Positions 30,629-39,747 of a DNA stretch of 64,000 nucleotides are shown here, piece after piece. Where the stretch lies: IMG/VR virus record IMGVR_UViG_3300036770_007539, positions 237,008-301,007 of that record, one strand, 5' to 3'. The translations under genes and the position numbers were made by a program. The first letter of the stretch is position 1. The number at the start of each line of letters is the position of its first letter. The notes under the pieces are model-generated. The model was not told where the DNA came from. It saw only the letters and a program-made list of their open reading frames with translations, and did not search any database.

Positions 30629-31243
30629 TCAATAAATAAATTTTCTAATTTTATTTAATCCAATTCCCATTACCTTGGATAATACCTCCACCTCCGCTAA
30701 ACATTCTCGCTCTTGACCACCCACCAAATCCGCCCCAGACCAATCCTTTAATACATCCTTTAAATCAGGAATGAAAAATCCATAACCCTCCAAATCTTCC
30801 ACCAATAATTCATCCACCCCAATCAATTCCACATCCCCTTCCCCTAAATCCCGAATGTCCCGAATCTCATTATCAATCATATACCCAGCAATCTTTTCCA
30901 CATCCTCCGATGAAAAACAAGGATGATCCATTATCTCTCGGAAAAATCCATACCCCTTATCAAAAAACTCCGCCCGAGATATAAATTCCTCATATAACTC
31001 CTCATCATAATTCATCTTCTCTAAATAATATCTTCTTAAATCTTCCTCCGAACTCATTCCCAGTTCAGGTCCGTTCCATAATACCAAAATCCGAGAATAT
31101 CCAACAGCTACCCCCAATAACTCCCCAATGTCAAATCCAATAAATCCCTCATACTCAGGTTGAACATCCACAATAATTAATTTCCCTCCCCCAACCACCT
31201 GAGCAAACTTATCTACCAACTTCCTTATTTCCTTAACATCCAT
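30629..31243 (-). CDS. Hypothetical protein, cysteine hydrolase/isochorismatase-like N-terminus
   Basis: LIIVDVQPEY; GG..ECL.EV. Confidence 0.5.
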   Translation of the reverse strand: MDVKEIRKLVDKFAQVVGGGKLIIVDVQPEYEGFIGFDIGELLGVAVGYSRILVLWNGPELGMSSEEDLRRYYLEKMNYDEELYEEFISRAEFFDKGYGFFREIMDHPCFSSEDVEKIAGYMIDNEIRDIRDLGEGDVELIGVDELLVEDLEGYGFFIPDLKDVLKDWSGADLVGGQERECLAEVEVLSKVMGIGLNKIRKFIY

Positions 31244-31283
31244 ACCTCAATATCCTACCATTACCATATTTTCATATATTACC

Positions 31284-31667
31284 ATGATCCCCCTCAATTA
31301 TCAACTCCAAGCCCTAGGCGCCATTAATCAAGTCTTCCTCAAAATCCTCCCCCACTCTCCCCATGACCCCACCCCAGCCTGGATCTACCTCACCCTCCAT
31401 CCCAATAACTCCTGGATCCTCACCGCCTCCTCCTCCAATCTCCCTCTCCTAACCCAACTCTTCGAAATTGCCCTGGAACTTCCCTCCACCATCAATTCCA
31501 ACGGTATCTCGCCCTCCAATTTCATCCCTCCTTGGGAAATCCCCCTATGGGAATCCCTCCAAGAAAGATCCGATCTCTCCCATCACCCCTTCAAAAAAGA
31601 TTCAACCCACTTATTCCAAGATTTAAAAAATAATGACCGAATCTGCCTTAAAGATTATCACTTCTGA
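31284..31667 (+). CDS. Hypothetical protein
   Basis: 127 aa, fills the gap between minus-strand genes; Pro/Leu/Ser-rich because of skew. Confidence 0.4.
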   Translation: MIPLNYQLQALGAINQVFLKILPHSPHDPTPAWIYLTLHPNNSWILTASSSNLPLLTQLFEIALELPSTINSNGISPSNFIPPWEIPLWESLQERSDLSHHPFKKDSTHLFQDLKNNDRICLKDYHF

Positions 31668-31682
31668 ATCCTCATCCCAACC

Positions 31683-32306
31683 TCATCCCAACCTCTTCTT
31701 CAATCCACCAATCAATCCCCCCAAGGTCCGATCCACCCATACCGTCGTCCCACAATACGTATCCTCAAAATGTATCTCCTCGTAATTCCCAGGTACCTCC
31801 ACTACCTCATACCCATATGTCCCCCTCTTCACCCTCCTACCATCCCTCGTACTGTCATGCCCCACAATTACCCCAGCCCGACCCATTACCAGATTCACAA
31901 TATCTCCCCGATTGCAAATCCCCGGATCCACAAAAATTAAATCCCACCCACCCCCTACCCCATCCACGATCTCCCGTAACTCACCCATATGCCCCCGCTC
32001 CTCAATCGGATATCCCCCAACCCTCGCCTCCTCATGCGCCCGACGTATCCCCTCCCCAGCTTCCACATAAACACCCCTCCAGTTCCTACCAACATACCTC
32101 TCCCTGCTCCTCTCATACCACCCCCTATTAAATTCCCCCAAGGAAATCTCCACAGACATTACCTCCCCACTATGATCCAATAAATACTCCGTCCCATCCC
32201 CTATCCCAAATTCCAATAACCGTCCCACCTTATATTCCCTAAACACTATCTCCAGATAATGATGCCAGTCCTGCGCTACCCCAAATCCATAATCCCTCTT
32301 TTTCAT
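31683..32306 (-). CDS. Class I SAM methyltransferase-like protein
   Basis: LLEFGIG, VMSVE, WDLIFVD, VIVGHD. Confidence 0.65.
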   Translation of the reverse strand: MKKRDYGFGVAQDWHHYLEIVFREYKVGRLLEFGIGDGTEYLLDHSGEVMSVEISLGEFNRGWYERSRERYVGRNWRGVYVEAGEGIRRAHEEARVGGYPIEERGHMGELREIVDGVGGGWDLIFVDPGICNRGDIVNLVMGRAGVIVGHDSTRDGRRVKRGTYGYEVVEVPGNYEEIHFEDTYCGTTVWVDRTLGGLIGGLKKRLG

Positions 32307-32823
32307 TCATTTCTCCTAAAAGTTATTTTCTATCTCTTATATCTCTTAATTACTATGTTTCTAAAATGACCATATGTGACCATATAATAATTTGTTCCAA
32401 GAAATTTTTATCAAAAAGTCCTGAATTAAAGGATCCACTTTTTACCACTTAAAACCACTTTTTACCATTTTTAACTAATTAAAATCAACCCCAAAGAAAT
32501 TATCTTATAAATAAAAGATAACACAAGGAAATGTAATGGTGGGAAGTAGTGGGAAAAGAAAAAGATGTCAAAAATAGAAAATGAAAAGACTGACGGATAG
32601 AAAAGACATAGAGAGAAGTGGGATAGATGGGATAGAAGCGGGAACAGAGAGAAGAGGAATTGGATAGAAAGGGAAACAAAGAAGATAGAAGATGGATAGG
32701 AAATGGATAGAAGTGGGAACAGGTGGGTGATAGAATACGGATAGAAGGTGAATAGAATACAGATAGAAGAGGGAACAGGCGGGGTAGAAAGGGGATGGAA
32801 GGGGAGAGGATATGGATAGAAAG

Positions 32824-32987
32824 GGATAGAATACGGATGGAATATGGATGGAATATGGGTAGAATATGGGTAGAATACGGATAGAATACGGATAGGAGTG
32901 GGATAGAATACGGATAGGAGTGGGATAGAAGTGGGATGGAATACGGATAGAAAGGAATGGAAGTGGGATAGGAGTGGGATAGAAAGA
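32824..32987 (+). repeat. About 15 tandem copies of an 11-bp unit GGATAGAATAC/GGATAGGAGTG
   Basis: Units read directly; degenerate GGATAG copies extend left to about 32590. Confidence 0.9.
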
Positions 32988-33116
32988 GGAGAGGATTGGT
33001 GGGAGTTGGTGCCAGAAGTAAATAAGAGCCATAAGTACGTTTACCCTGCTCGGGCGTCCGCTTCGACACGCCTGTCATCCCCCTCCATCGCTACCTGCCC
33101 CCTTTTGCCCCATTTC

Positions 33117-33258
33117 TTGACAATCTCTGGTTTGTTGCTATATATATGGTGTGACGACGAGACGAGACGAAACGAAACGCATCGCGAAACGATGCGAAAC
33201 GGAACGAATCGGCTCACGAACGACGCACGCTTGACAAGTGCCGGATCGGCGCTAGGAT
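33117..33258 (+). promoter_or_regulatory. Tandem sigma70-like promoters, unit 1
   Basis: TTGACA 33117-N16-TATATA; TTGACA 33231-N16-TAGGAT. Confidence 0.75.
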
Positions 33259-33340
33259 AGTGGTGTGGCGGATCGTCACGCCGTTGCCGGACGGATTCCG
33301 GTATCTCCCATGGGGGCAACGCCCCCGGAAAGGATCTCCC

Positions 33341-33634
33341 GTGTCAAAGGGAGCGATCCGTAGGAGAGCCCGTCGCTACAGGGAGCACGGGCTCTCCTTC
33401 ATCGTGCGCGTTCGGCTGGCGAAAGCCGCCGAACGCGCGATGAGCGACGAGGGCGGTCTCCGCGCCCTCGGCGCGGAGATGATCACGCATCGCACGTACA
33501 CAATGTGTACGTGCGATGCGTGCGACGAGTGGATCGCCGAGTGGAAGCTCGGCGATTTCACCATCAAAACCGACAGCGGATACATCGTATCCGCTGTCAA
33601 AAACCAACCCGTGCTCCCCTCTTCGGAGGGTTGA
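33341..33634 (+). CDS. Hypothetical protein
   Basis: AAAGGA RBS and GTG start; stop lies inside a repeat hairpin. Confidence 0.55.
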   Translation: MSKGAIRRRARRYREHGLSFIVRVRLAKAAERAMSDEGGLRALGAEMITHRTYTMCTCDACDEWIAEWKLGDFTIKTDSGYIVSAVKNQPVLPSSEG

Positions 33635-33642
33635 GCGCGGGT

Positions 33643-33701
33643 TGCGTCGCCAAGGTCCGCTTTCGAGCGGAGGGGGTTCGATTCCCCCGCGACGCACTAC
33701 C
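33643..33701 (+). ncRNA. Anticodon-less tRNA-like element 1
   Basis: TGCGTCGC/GCGACGCA stem; T-arm GGGGG-TTCGATT-CCCCC. Confidence 0.7.
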
Positions 33702-33761
33702 GCGCCAGACGGATTCTGGTGTTTCTCGAATGGGGGACATATGTCCCCGGAGGATAAGAGC

Positions 33762-34496
33762 ATGATGAAAAAGTACAATATTGCCGCGAAGTCCGCTCCC
33801 GCTCCCGCCCCCGCCGCCGCCCCCGTCGCCGCCGCCGTCCTCGCCGCCCCGGAGAACCCGGGCGTGTGGTTCGACCTCCACATCACGCGATTCAAAGAGG
33901 TGGGTTGCTCGGCTCGGGGCAACTTCGCGATGGTGCCGTCGGGCACCGTCGCGATCCTAGGGGCGAGCGACTACGAAGTCGGAGACGCCCTTTTGTCATA
34001 CGACTTCGATCGGGAGGGGCACACGCCCCTCAGCACCGCCCTCTCGCTCCGCATCTGGGCGGACCACACGTGGTGGGGAAAGGAATACCTCAAAGGCTGG
34101 GGCGCCGCCGCCCGCCGAAAGGCGGAGCGGATCTTGAACGACCTCGCGACGCCCGGTGGTAGCGACGAGGAGGACTACCCGGCATGGGTAGCTGCTGCAA
34201 AGCAGTATACTCTCTACTGCTTCCCCCCGTTCGACTTGTATCAGCGTATTCTTGTTGTGGAGTCTGACAGGTGCGGGTTCATAACCGCCCGCGTCGACGA
34301 GCAGCATCCGGATGAGAGCAAGCCCATGCACGGGGGCTGGCTGGTGCTTGCCCTTGCTCGAACGCAAGACCTGCCATCCAAGACCCGCCAAGCATGGGAG
34401 ATGTGCTCCCCGCTGTGGAGGGCGAGAGCCCTCGAATACATCCGTATGGTTGGATTTAAGGTTACGCCAGGAAGTTTCCTGGCTGATCTGGTCTGA
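33762..34496 (+). CDS. Hypothetical protein with an Ala/Pro-rich N-terminal linker
   Basis: RBS and ATG after a structured leader; 244 aa. Confidence 0.65.
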   Translation: MMKKYNIAAKSAPAPAPAAAPVAAAVLAAPENPGVWFDLHITRFKEVGCSARGNFAMVPSGTVAILGASDYEVGDALLSYDFDREGHTPLSTALSLRIWADHTWWGKEYLKGWGAAARRKAERILNDLATPGGSDEEDYPAWVAAAKQYTLYCFPPFDLYQRILVVESDRCGFITARVDEQHPDESKPMHGGWLVLALARTQDLPSKTRQAWEMCSPLWRARALEYIRMVGFKVTPGSFLADLV

Positions 34497-34538
34497 CCTG
34501 TCTCCCCCGCGCTCCCCTTCGGGGTCGAGCGCGGGGGC

Positions 34539-34611
34539 GTGCATCGCTTTGGAGTCTCGTTCCCCCGCAAGGGGGAACGAGGAGGGGGTTCGATTCCCTC
34601 ACGATGCACCA
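34539..34611 (+). ncRNA. Anticodon-less tRNA-like element 2
   Basis: GTGCATCG/CGATGCAC stem; TTCGATT T-loop; ends ACCA. Confidence 0.75.
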
Positions 34612-34898
34612 TGAGGAACATTCGTTCCTCCCGTTGTCGGACGGATTCCGGCTTCTCGTTGGGGCGCTCGCGCCGCCGAGCGGGAGGCGTTCCGCGCTTC
34701 CCTTCGCGGCGATGAGCGCCGTGAGGGGAATCGCGGTCGCCGCCTCGGCGACCGCGACGTCATCTGACCCATCTGCCCCTGGCTCCCCTCGCAAGAGGGT
34801 CGAGCCGGGGGCATCACCCCGAGGAACATTCGTTCCTCACCCTGACCGGAGGGTGTCCGGTGCTTCCAAGGGGATGAATGTCCCCGGAAAGGATTCTG

Positions 34899-35111
34899 AT
34901 GACCATCGGCGAGGCGGTCGACCGCCTCGTCTCGGAGGGGTACAACCCCGACCGAGACGACCTCCCCGCATGGGCAAAGGGGAAGGGGTTCCGACAGGAA
35001 CTCCGGACCCTCCCCTGCGGGGAGGAGTGCTGCGGGCAAGGGTACGCCCTTGTCCGCGGCAACGACGACGAGGAGGAGGAGCGGTTCATTCCGCTTCCTC
35101 CTCTCTTCTGA
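34899..35111 (+). CDS. Hypothetical protein with CGEECCG motif (paralog of 40796..41086)
   Basis: AAAGGA RBS; shared motif. Confidence 0.6.
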   Translation: MTIGEAVDRLVSEGYNPDRDDLPAWAKGKGFRQELRTLPCGEECCGQGYALVRGNDDEEEERFIPLPPLF

Positions 35112-35163
35112 GACTCGCCCCTGGCTCCCCTCGCAAGAGGGTCGAGCCGGGGGCATTTTTTCT

Positions 35164-35408
35164 GCGCTACATTGGCTATTTGGAGATCTAGTGTATTCGA
35201 AGCCGTACTATAAGAAATATTCTTCTTTCAATGACTTCTTTTTCTTTTCTCTTTTCCAAGAAAGAGGGGGGAGGGGGAGTCAATGAAAAAAAATCTTCTT
35301 TACAAGAGGCTTTACCTTTCTTTTTAGAGATCATGTTTCTTCGAAGCCAGTGCAGGTCTGACATTTCTAATCAATCGTTCGTTTTATTACTCTCTTGATA
35401 GCTAGGGC
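35164..35408. repeat. AT-rich spacer element 1
   Basis: GCGCTACATTGGCT ... AGCCAGTGCAG ... GCTAGGGC. Confidence 0.75.
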
Positions 35409-35433
35409 ATATTGTCGTGTTTGCGTGCGTAAC

Positions 35434-35535
35434 TTGACAAGTGATGGATCGTTGCTAGTATGTAGGGTGTGAGATGAACGCAAACGAGACAACGCAAGCG
35501 CGCTTGATTGACAAGCGGTGCAGCGGTGCTAGTAT
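35434..35535 (+). promoter_or_regulatory. Tandem sigma70-like promoters, unit 2
   Basis: TTGACA 35434-N16-TAGTAT; TTGACA 35508-N16-TAGTAT. Confidence 0.8.
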
Positions 35536-35819
35536 GCGGTCATCGAAGATTCGACGCAGCATAGGGGCGTCGAGACGAGCCGCCGTTAGCGGTGCTCTAA
35601 CAGAGCAGTCACGGGCTAGCCCGTGAATCGAGCCGGGCGATTCCCGGTGGTGAGCAAGGGATCTTGCGGCTTTGCCGGTTGAAGCCGCAAGATCCCTTGC
35701 CCTTGATAATCTGTGGAAGCTGTGCATAATGGTGTGCATGGCTTTGGGGGTCAATCCCCGCTTTGCCGGAGAGTGTCCGGTAACGTCCAAGGGGACGCAT
35801 GTCCCCGGAAAGGACTTTC

Positions 35820-36185
35820 TTGAACCTCCAAAAGAGGATCGAGGAAGTGGACCAGGCGCTCGCGCGTCTGGTCCAGAGCGAGATCGTCGTCGCGCAGGTA
35901 GTGCTCGACGATCTGATCTACCTCCACCGCCCCGCCAGCCGTCAGCACGTCTTGCGACAGCGGGCGGATCGCCTACTCCAGGATCGGGACTGGCGAGTCC
36001 AGCCGATCCTGGAGCGGCGCGAGCGACTGGAGCGCCTTCGCGGGCTGCTCGTCGCTCGCGCCGCACGCGCCGCAGGTCGCGACACCTGCGGCTACTGTGG
36101 GTGGGACAACGGTCCCATCGACCCCGCCACAGGTCGCGGTCTCAGCCGTCAAGGCTGGGATTGCGGCTATTGCGGGGGGAACTAA
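35820..36185 (+). CDS. Coiled-coil protein with a C-terminal Zn finger
   Basis: CGYCGWD..CGYC; TTG start after AAAGGA. Confidence 0.6.
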   Translation: MNLQKRIEEVDQALARLVQSEIVVAQVVLDDLIYLHRPASRQHVLRQRADRLLQDRDWRVQPILERRERLERLRGLLVARAARAAGRDTCGYCGWDNGPIDPATGRGLSRQGWDCGYCGGN

Positions 36186-36243
36186 CCCTTCTCTCCGCAT
36201 CGTTTCCTCCGCGCTCCCCTTCGGGGTCGAGCGCGGGGGAGGC

Positions 36244-36312
36244 TGCATCTTCTCGCTTGGAGGCGAGCGCCCCTTGCGGGGCGGACGGGTTCGATTCCCG
36301 TAGGATGTACCA
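36244..36312 (+). ncRNA. Anticodon-less tRNA-like element 3 (four-arm)
   Basis: TGCATCTT/AGGATGTA; GG-containing D-like loop; 4-nt-loop middle arm; ACGGG-TTCGATT-CCCGT; ends ACCA. Confidence 0.75.
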
Positions 36313-36380
36313 TGAGAGCTTGTCTCTCCCGCGTCGGACGGATTCCGATTGTCTGCGATCGAGAAAGGAGGACTGTCCAC

Positions 36381-36722
36381 ATGGCACAGTACCTCGGAAA
36401 CGCCTTCTCGCTCGGTATGCTCGATTGTCTCACGGCGGAAACGCCTGTGAGCGTCGAGTGTGCCGCCTTCACGCTCGACGAGGCACGCGCCTACGTCGAG
36501 CACAACCGCCCGACCTCGACGGTCGGGCACCTCGACACGGCGGAACTCTTCTCCGCCATGTTGGGGTCTTCCGTGGAGATGCGCCGCGTCTCCACGTCTC
36601 TGATCGGCGGGGATGAGATCCTCGTCGGTCAATACAACGGTCCGCGTCTTCCGGAGGGGGCGAAGAGCCTCCCCGAGGGCGCCAAGGTCCGCTGGATTCT
36701 GGCGCGCATCGTCGCGCGCTGA
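36381..36722 (+). CDS. acrIII-1: DUF1874 / AcrIII-1-like viral ring nuclease (anti-CRISPR type III)
   Basis: YLGNAFS, TLDEAR, STVGHLDTAELFSAMLG, EMRR, GDEIL, RLPEG match the STIV B116 / SIRV1 gp29 / YddF pattern. Confidence 0.8.
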   Translation: MAQYLGNAFSLGMLDCLTAETPVSVECAAFTLDEARAYVEHNRPTSTVGHLDTAELFSAMLGSSVEMRRVSTSLIGGDEILVGQYNGPRLPEGAKSLPEGAKVRWILARIVAR

Positions 36723-36881
36723 GGGTCCACACTCGCCCCTGGTTCCCCGCAAGGGTTGAGCCGGGGGCGTCCCTTCGGGGGAATATCTTTGGAAACTGCC
36801 TGCAAGTTCTGGCTTGTGGGCAGCTTCGAGGGATTGTCCCTTGACCGTAGCTAGGCGGACACCTAGCATCAGGAGGGTCAC

Positions 36882-37106
36882 ATGACTCTTCAAGAAGCAA
36901 TCCGAGAGGTCCGAGACCTTTCGGGAATCCCGGAGGAGCAGCTGCTCCGGGATTGGAACGAGAAGAAGTGCCAGTCTATGGACTGGCACTTCGACACCGA
37001 GACGGTCGAAGACCGTCTCGGAGAGTTGGTGACGTACTTCTACGTGGAAATCATCCCCGAAGGGGATGGTTTCCGCGTCAGGTCTCGAAAAGAGACCTGG
37101 CGATGA
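36882..37106 (+). CDS. Hypothetical protein
   Basis: AGGAGG RBS; 74 aa. Confidence 0.6.
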   Translation: MTLQEAIREVRDLSGIPEEQLLRDWNEKKCQSMDWHFDTETVEDRLGELVTYFYVEIIPEGDGFRVRSRKETWR

Positions 37107-37413
37107 GCCTCGCCCCCGCGTTCCCCTTCGGGGTCGAGCGCGGGGGCACTCGCGGGTTGAGCCGAAAGGTTCCCCGCTCTGACTTCAGGTGGCTCCGACG
37201 CTGATAACGGCGCGGGTTTGATACCCGCTGGAGGACACAGAACATCCTCCTAGCGAAAAGCCGCAGCGGGGAGTGCTTCCGATTCGGGTTACGGTGCAGG
37301 TTTGAGTCCTGCTCTCCCGCGTCACGGGGGTCGGTTGAGACGCCGCCGAACGGAAGCAACGCCTGATTGCAACAACAATAAAGGGGGCGCATATCCCCCG
37401 GAAAGGATATGGT

Positions 37414-38127
37414 TTGAGGACCATCTGCATCGGCGACATCCACGGATGTATCGCCGAGTTTCAAAAGCTCGTGGAGGTTCTCGCGCCCACGAGCGAGGAT
37501 CGGATCGTCCTGTTGGGCGATCTGATCGACAAGGGTCCAAAAAGCGCAGAAGTGGTTCGCTTCGCCCGCGAGATCGGAGCGACCACCATTCAGGGCAACC
37601 ACGAGGAGAAGGCTCTTCGATGGTTTGCCCACGAGAAGACTCGGATCGCCACGGGGAAGGCGAATCCGATGAGCCCTCCCGAGCACAAGGTTCGGGAGTG
37701 GAACACGATCCCCGCCGATGATCGGGAGTGGCTGGCAGCTGCTCCCGTTTACACGGATCTCGGCTCCGGGTTCCTCGCCGTTCACGGCGGGATGCTGCCC
37801 GGGGTCAAGCCACAAGATCACAAGAAGGGAATCCCCCTCCGCCTGAGGTTCGTCAACGACAAGGGCAAGTTTCTGCCCCTCGACGACGACCACGGCGATC
37901 CTGAGGGAGGTATCCCCTGGTACCAGGTCTACGATGGGGAGCACTCCCTGGTGGTGGGTCACACGGTTCACAGCCTGGAGTATCCCCGAATGGATCGTAT
38001 CGGGGATCGGGTGATCTGGCACCTGGACACGGGTTGCGTTCATGGTGGTCGCCTGACGGCGCTCATCCTGGAGACGCAAGAAGTCGTCCAGGTACAAGCG
38101 TCCCAAGTCTACAAGGCGCGGGACTGA
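37414..38127 (+). CDS. Calcineurin-like metallophosphoesterase (ApaH/PrpE/Pnkp-phosphatase-like)
   Basis: GDIHG, GDLIDKG, GNHE, HGG, GHT, LDTGCVHGGRLTA. Confidence 0.9.
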   Translation: MRTICIGDIHGCIAEFQKLVEVLAPTSEDRIVLLGDLIDKGPKSAEVVRFAREIGATTIQGNHEEKALRWFAHEKTRIATGKANPMSPPEHKVREWNTIPADDREWLAAAPVYTDLGSGFLAVHGGMLPGVKPQDHKKGIPLRLRFVNDKGKFLPLDDDHGDPEGGIPWYQVYDGEHSLVVGHTVHSLEYPRMDRIGDRVIWHLDTGCVHGGRLTALILETQEVVQVQASQVYKARD

Positions 38128-38447
38128 GGCGATTGGATTGTTCCTGCGTTCCCCGCAAGGGTTGAGCGCAGGAACAAGTTTCAAGAAGAAAGGAAGAGGA
38201 AGTGGAAATCTGTATGGTTTCGGGTTTTCCGACTCCTTGCGGGTGTTTTGCCTGCCAGGAGTCGGTGGAGCAGGCGCGCGGTGGCAACTGCCACTGCAGC
38301 GCCTGCTGCAAGGTTCGCTTCGGAAACGAAGCGAACGAAGCGAACGAAGGTTGCCGATGGGAGGCGGTTCGACCGCCTCGTCCTCGGCAGTAGGAATCGC
38401 CCCATCGCGTTCCCCCTTGCGGGGTCGAGCGCGATGGGGATTTTTCT

Positions 38448-38683
38448 GCGCTACATTGGCTATATCTGAGATCTTGACATATTCGTTGCTGATGCAGAAT
38501 CTTTTTTTCTTCAATGATTTTTCTTTTTTCTTTTCTACGGGAGGGAGAAACAAGAGAATCAATGAGCTAAGATATTCTTCAAAAGAAACGACTTGTCATT
38601 TATCTTTTACGAGATCAAACACATTCGGAGCCGATGCAGCTCTGATTCGTTTATCAAACGTTTGTTTAGTTCTCAGCTAGGGC
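38448..38683. repeat. AT-rich spacer element 2
   Basis: GCGCTACATTGGCT ... AGCCGATGCAGC ... GCTAGGGC. Confidence 0.75.
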
Positions 38684-38717
38684 TAGGGTGTTCGTTTCTG
38701 CGTGAATCTGTGCAGCC

Positions 38718-38873
38718 TTGACAACGGGCGGATCGATGCTAGATTGTATGGTGTGAGAGAGAGCAACGAATCGAAACAAGCGAGCGAATGAGCGAACGCA
38801 TAAGCCGCGACGGTAGCGGTTAGCGGGTAGCGGATAGCGCGTAGCTTGACACGGTTGGATTCGCTGCTAGGCT
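38718..38873 (+). promoter_or_regulatory. Tandem sigma70-like promoters, unit 3
   Basis: TTGACA 38718-N16-TAGATT; TTGACA 38846-N16-TAGGCT. Confidence 0.75.
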
Positions 38874-38894
38874 TTCTCATAGAAGGGAGGTTAC

Positions 38895-39200
38895 ATGCAA
38901 CAGATTTGTGGAAGATGCTCCGGAAGGGAGAGTCATTCCTGTTGCCCTGATTGCAGGGGAAAGGGCTGGCTTTCCCGCGCGGACGTTCGCGTTCTTCGCT
39001 TGAAGCAGGCGGCATTCTGTTTGCTTCACGAGAAGGCGCGCGAGCATTGGCTCACGCTGAGTGAGCCGCGTCCGCGCCAGGAGTCCTTCGTGCTGGACTA
39101 CGTGTTCAAGCACGAGCAATGGTACTTCGAGACGATCGTCTCGAAGTTTACCCCGGAGCAGAAGCGCACGCTTCTGCGTCGGTTCCCCTGCAATCCCTGA
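38895..39200 (+). CDS. Hypothetical protein with a DnaJ-type Zn motif
   Basis: CGRCSGR..CPDCRGKG. Confidence 0.6.
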   Translation: MQQICGRCSGRESHSCCPDCRGKGWLSRADVRVLRLKQAAFCLLHEKAREHWLTLSEPRPRQESFVLDYVFKHEQWYFETIVSKFTPEQKRTLLRRFPCNP

Positions 39201-39307
39201 ACCGGGTAGAGCGAGCCCTCGCAAGGGGGCTCGTTCCCTACAACCGGATCTGGATCGTGATTGATCTAGGTTCGATTATAGGGATTACCCCTATTGAAAG
39301 GAGGAGC

Positions 39308-39445
39308 ATGAAGTTTCTGGAAAAGCTCTCGAATCGATTGCCCTACGTCGTTCAAGAGTCCCCGCTCGACCCGATCACTTGGATCTTTGCGGTCCCTTTG
39401 CTGGTCCTTTACGGGATTGGCTACATTGTCGGGGGATTGACGTGA
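39308..39445 (+). CDS. Small membrane peptide
   Basis: GAGGAG RBS; hydrophobic C-terminal half. Confidence 0.5.
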   Translation: MKFLEKLSNRLPYVVQESPLDPITWIFAVPLLVLYGIGYIVGGLT

Positions 39446-39615
39446 AAGACGACTTCCTCGACGATATCATCGCAAAGATCGACTCTCTTCGCATCGAGGA
39501 GTGCGAGAGCGGGGCGATCATTCGCAAGCCGGAGGTGAGCGACTTCAAGCGTCCCTCCCTTCTACCCAAGATCATCAACATGCGATCCTTGCTGGTCGAT
39601 TCTAGCAAGTCGTGA
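39442..39615 (+). CDS. Hypothetical protein
   Basis: GTG start overlapping the upstream stop. Confidence 0.45.
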   Translation: MKDDFLDDIIAKIDSLRIEECESGAIIRKPEVSDFKRPSLLPKIINMRSLLVDSSKS

Positions 39616-39621
39616 ACGGCA

Positions 39622-39687
39622 GCATCCCCTCGTGTGGTTGCGAGCACCTGAAAAGGTGGACAGGTTCGATTCCTGTGGGATGCACTA
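39622..39687 (+). ncRNA. tRNA-like element 4 (compact cloverleaf)
   Basis: GCATCCC/GGGATGC; CTCG-TGTGGTTG-CGAG; CACC-TGAAAA-GGTG; ACAGG-TTCGATT-CCTGT; ends ACTA. Confidence 0.75.
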
Positions 39688-39747
39688 CCGCGTCGGACGG
39701 ATTCCGATATCTCTTGAATGGGGGCAAAGCTCCCGGAAGGATTCTTC

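Noticed and set aside
32500-33078. ORFs of 154-192 aa over the purine-rich array
   Set aside because: Translations of an 11-bp tandem repeat with no protein-like signal
39622-39687. Canonical tRNA-Phe (CTGAAAA resembles a GAA anticodon loop)
   Set aside because: The arm has a 4-bp stem with a 6-nt loop, the T8-A9 linker and variable region are missing, and total length is about 66 nt; treated as a mimic
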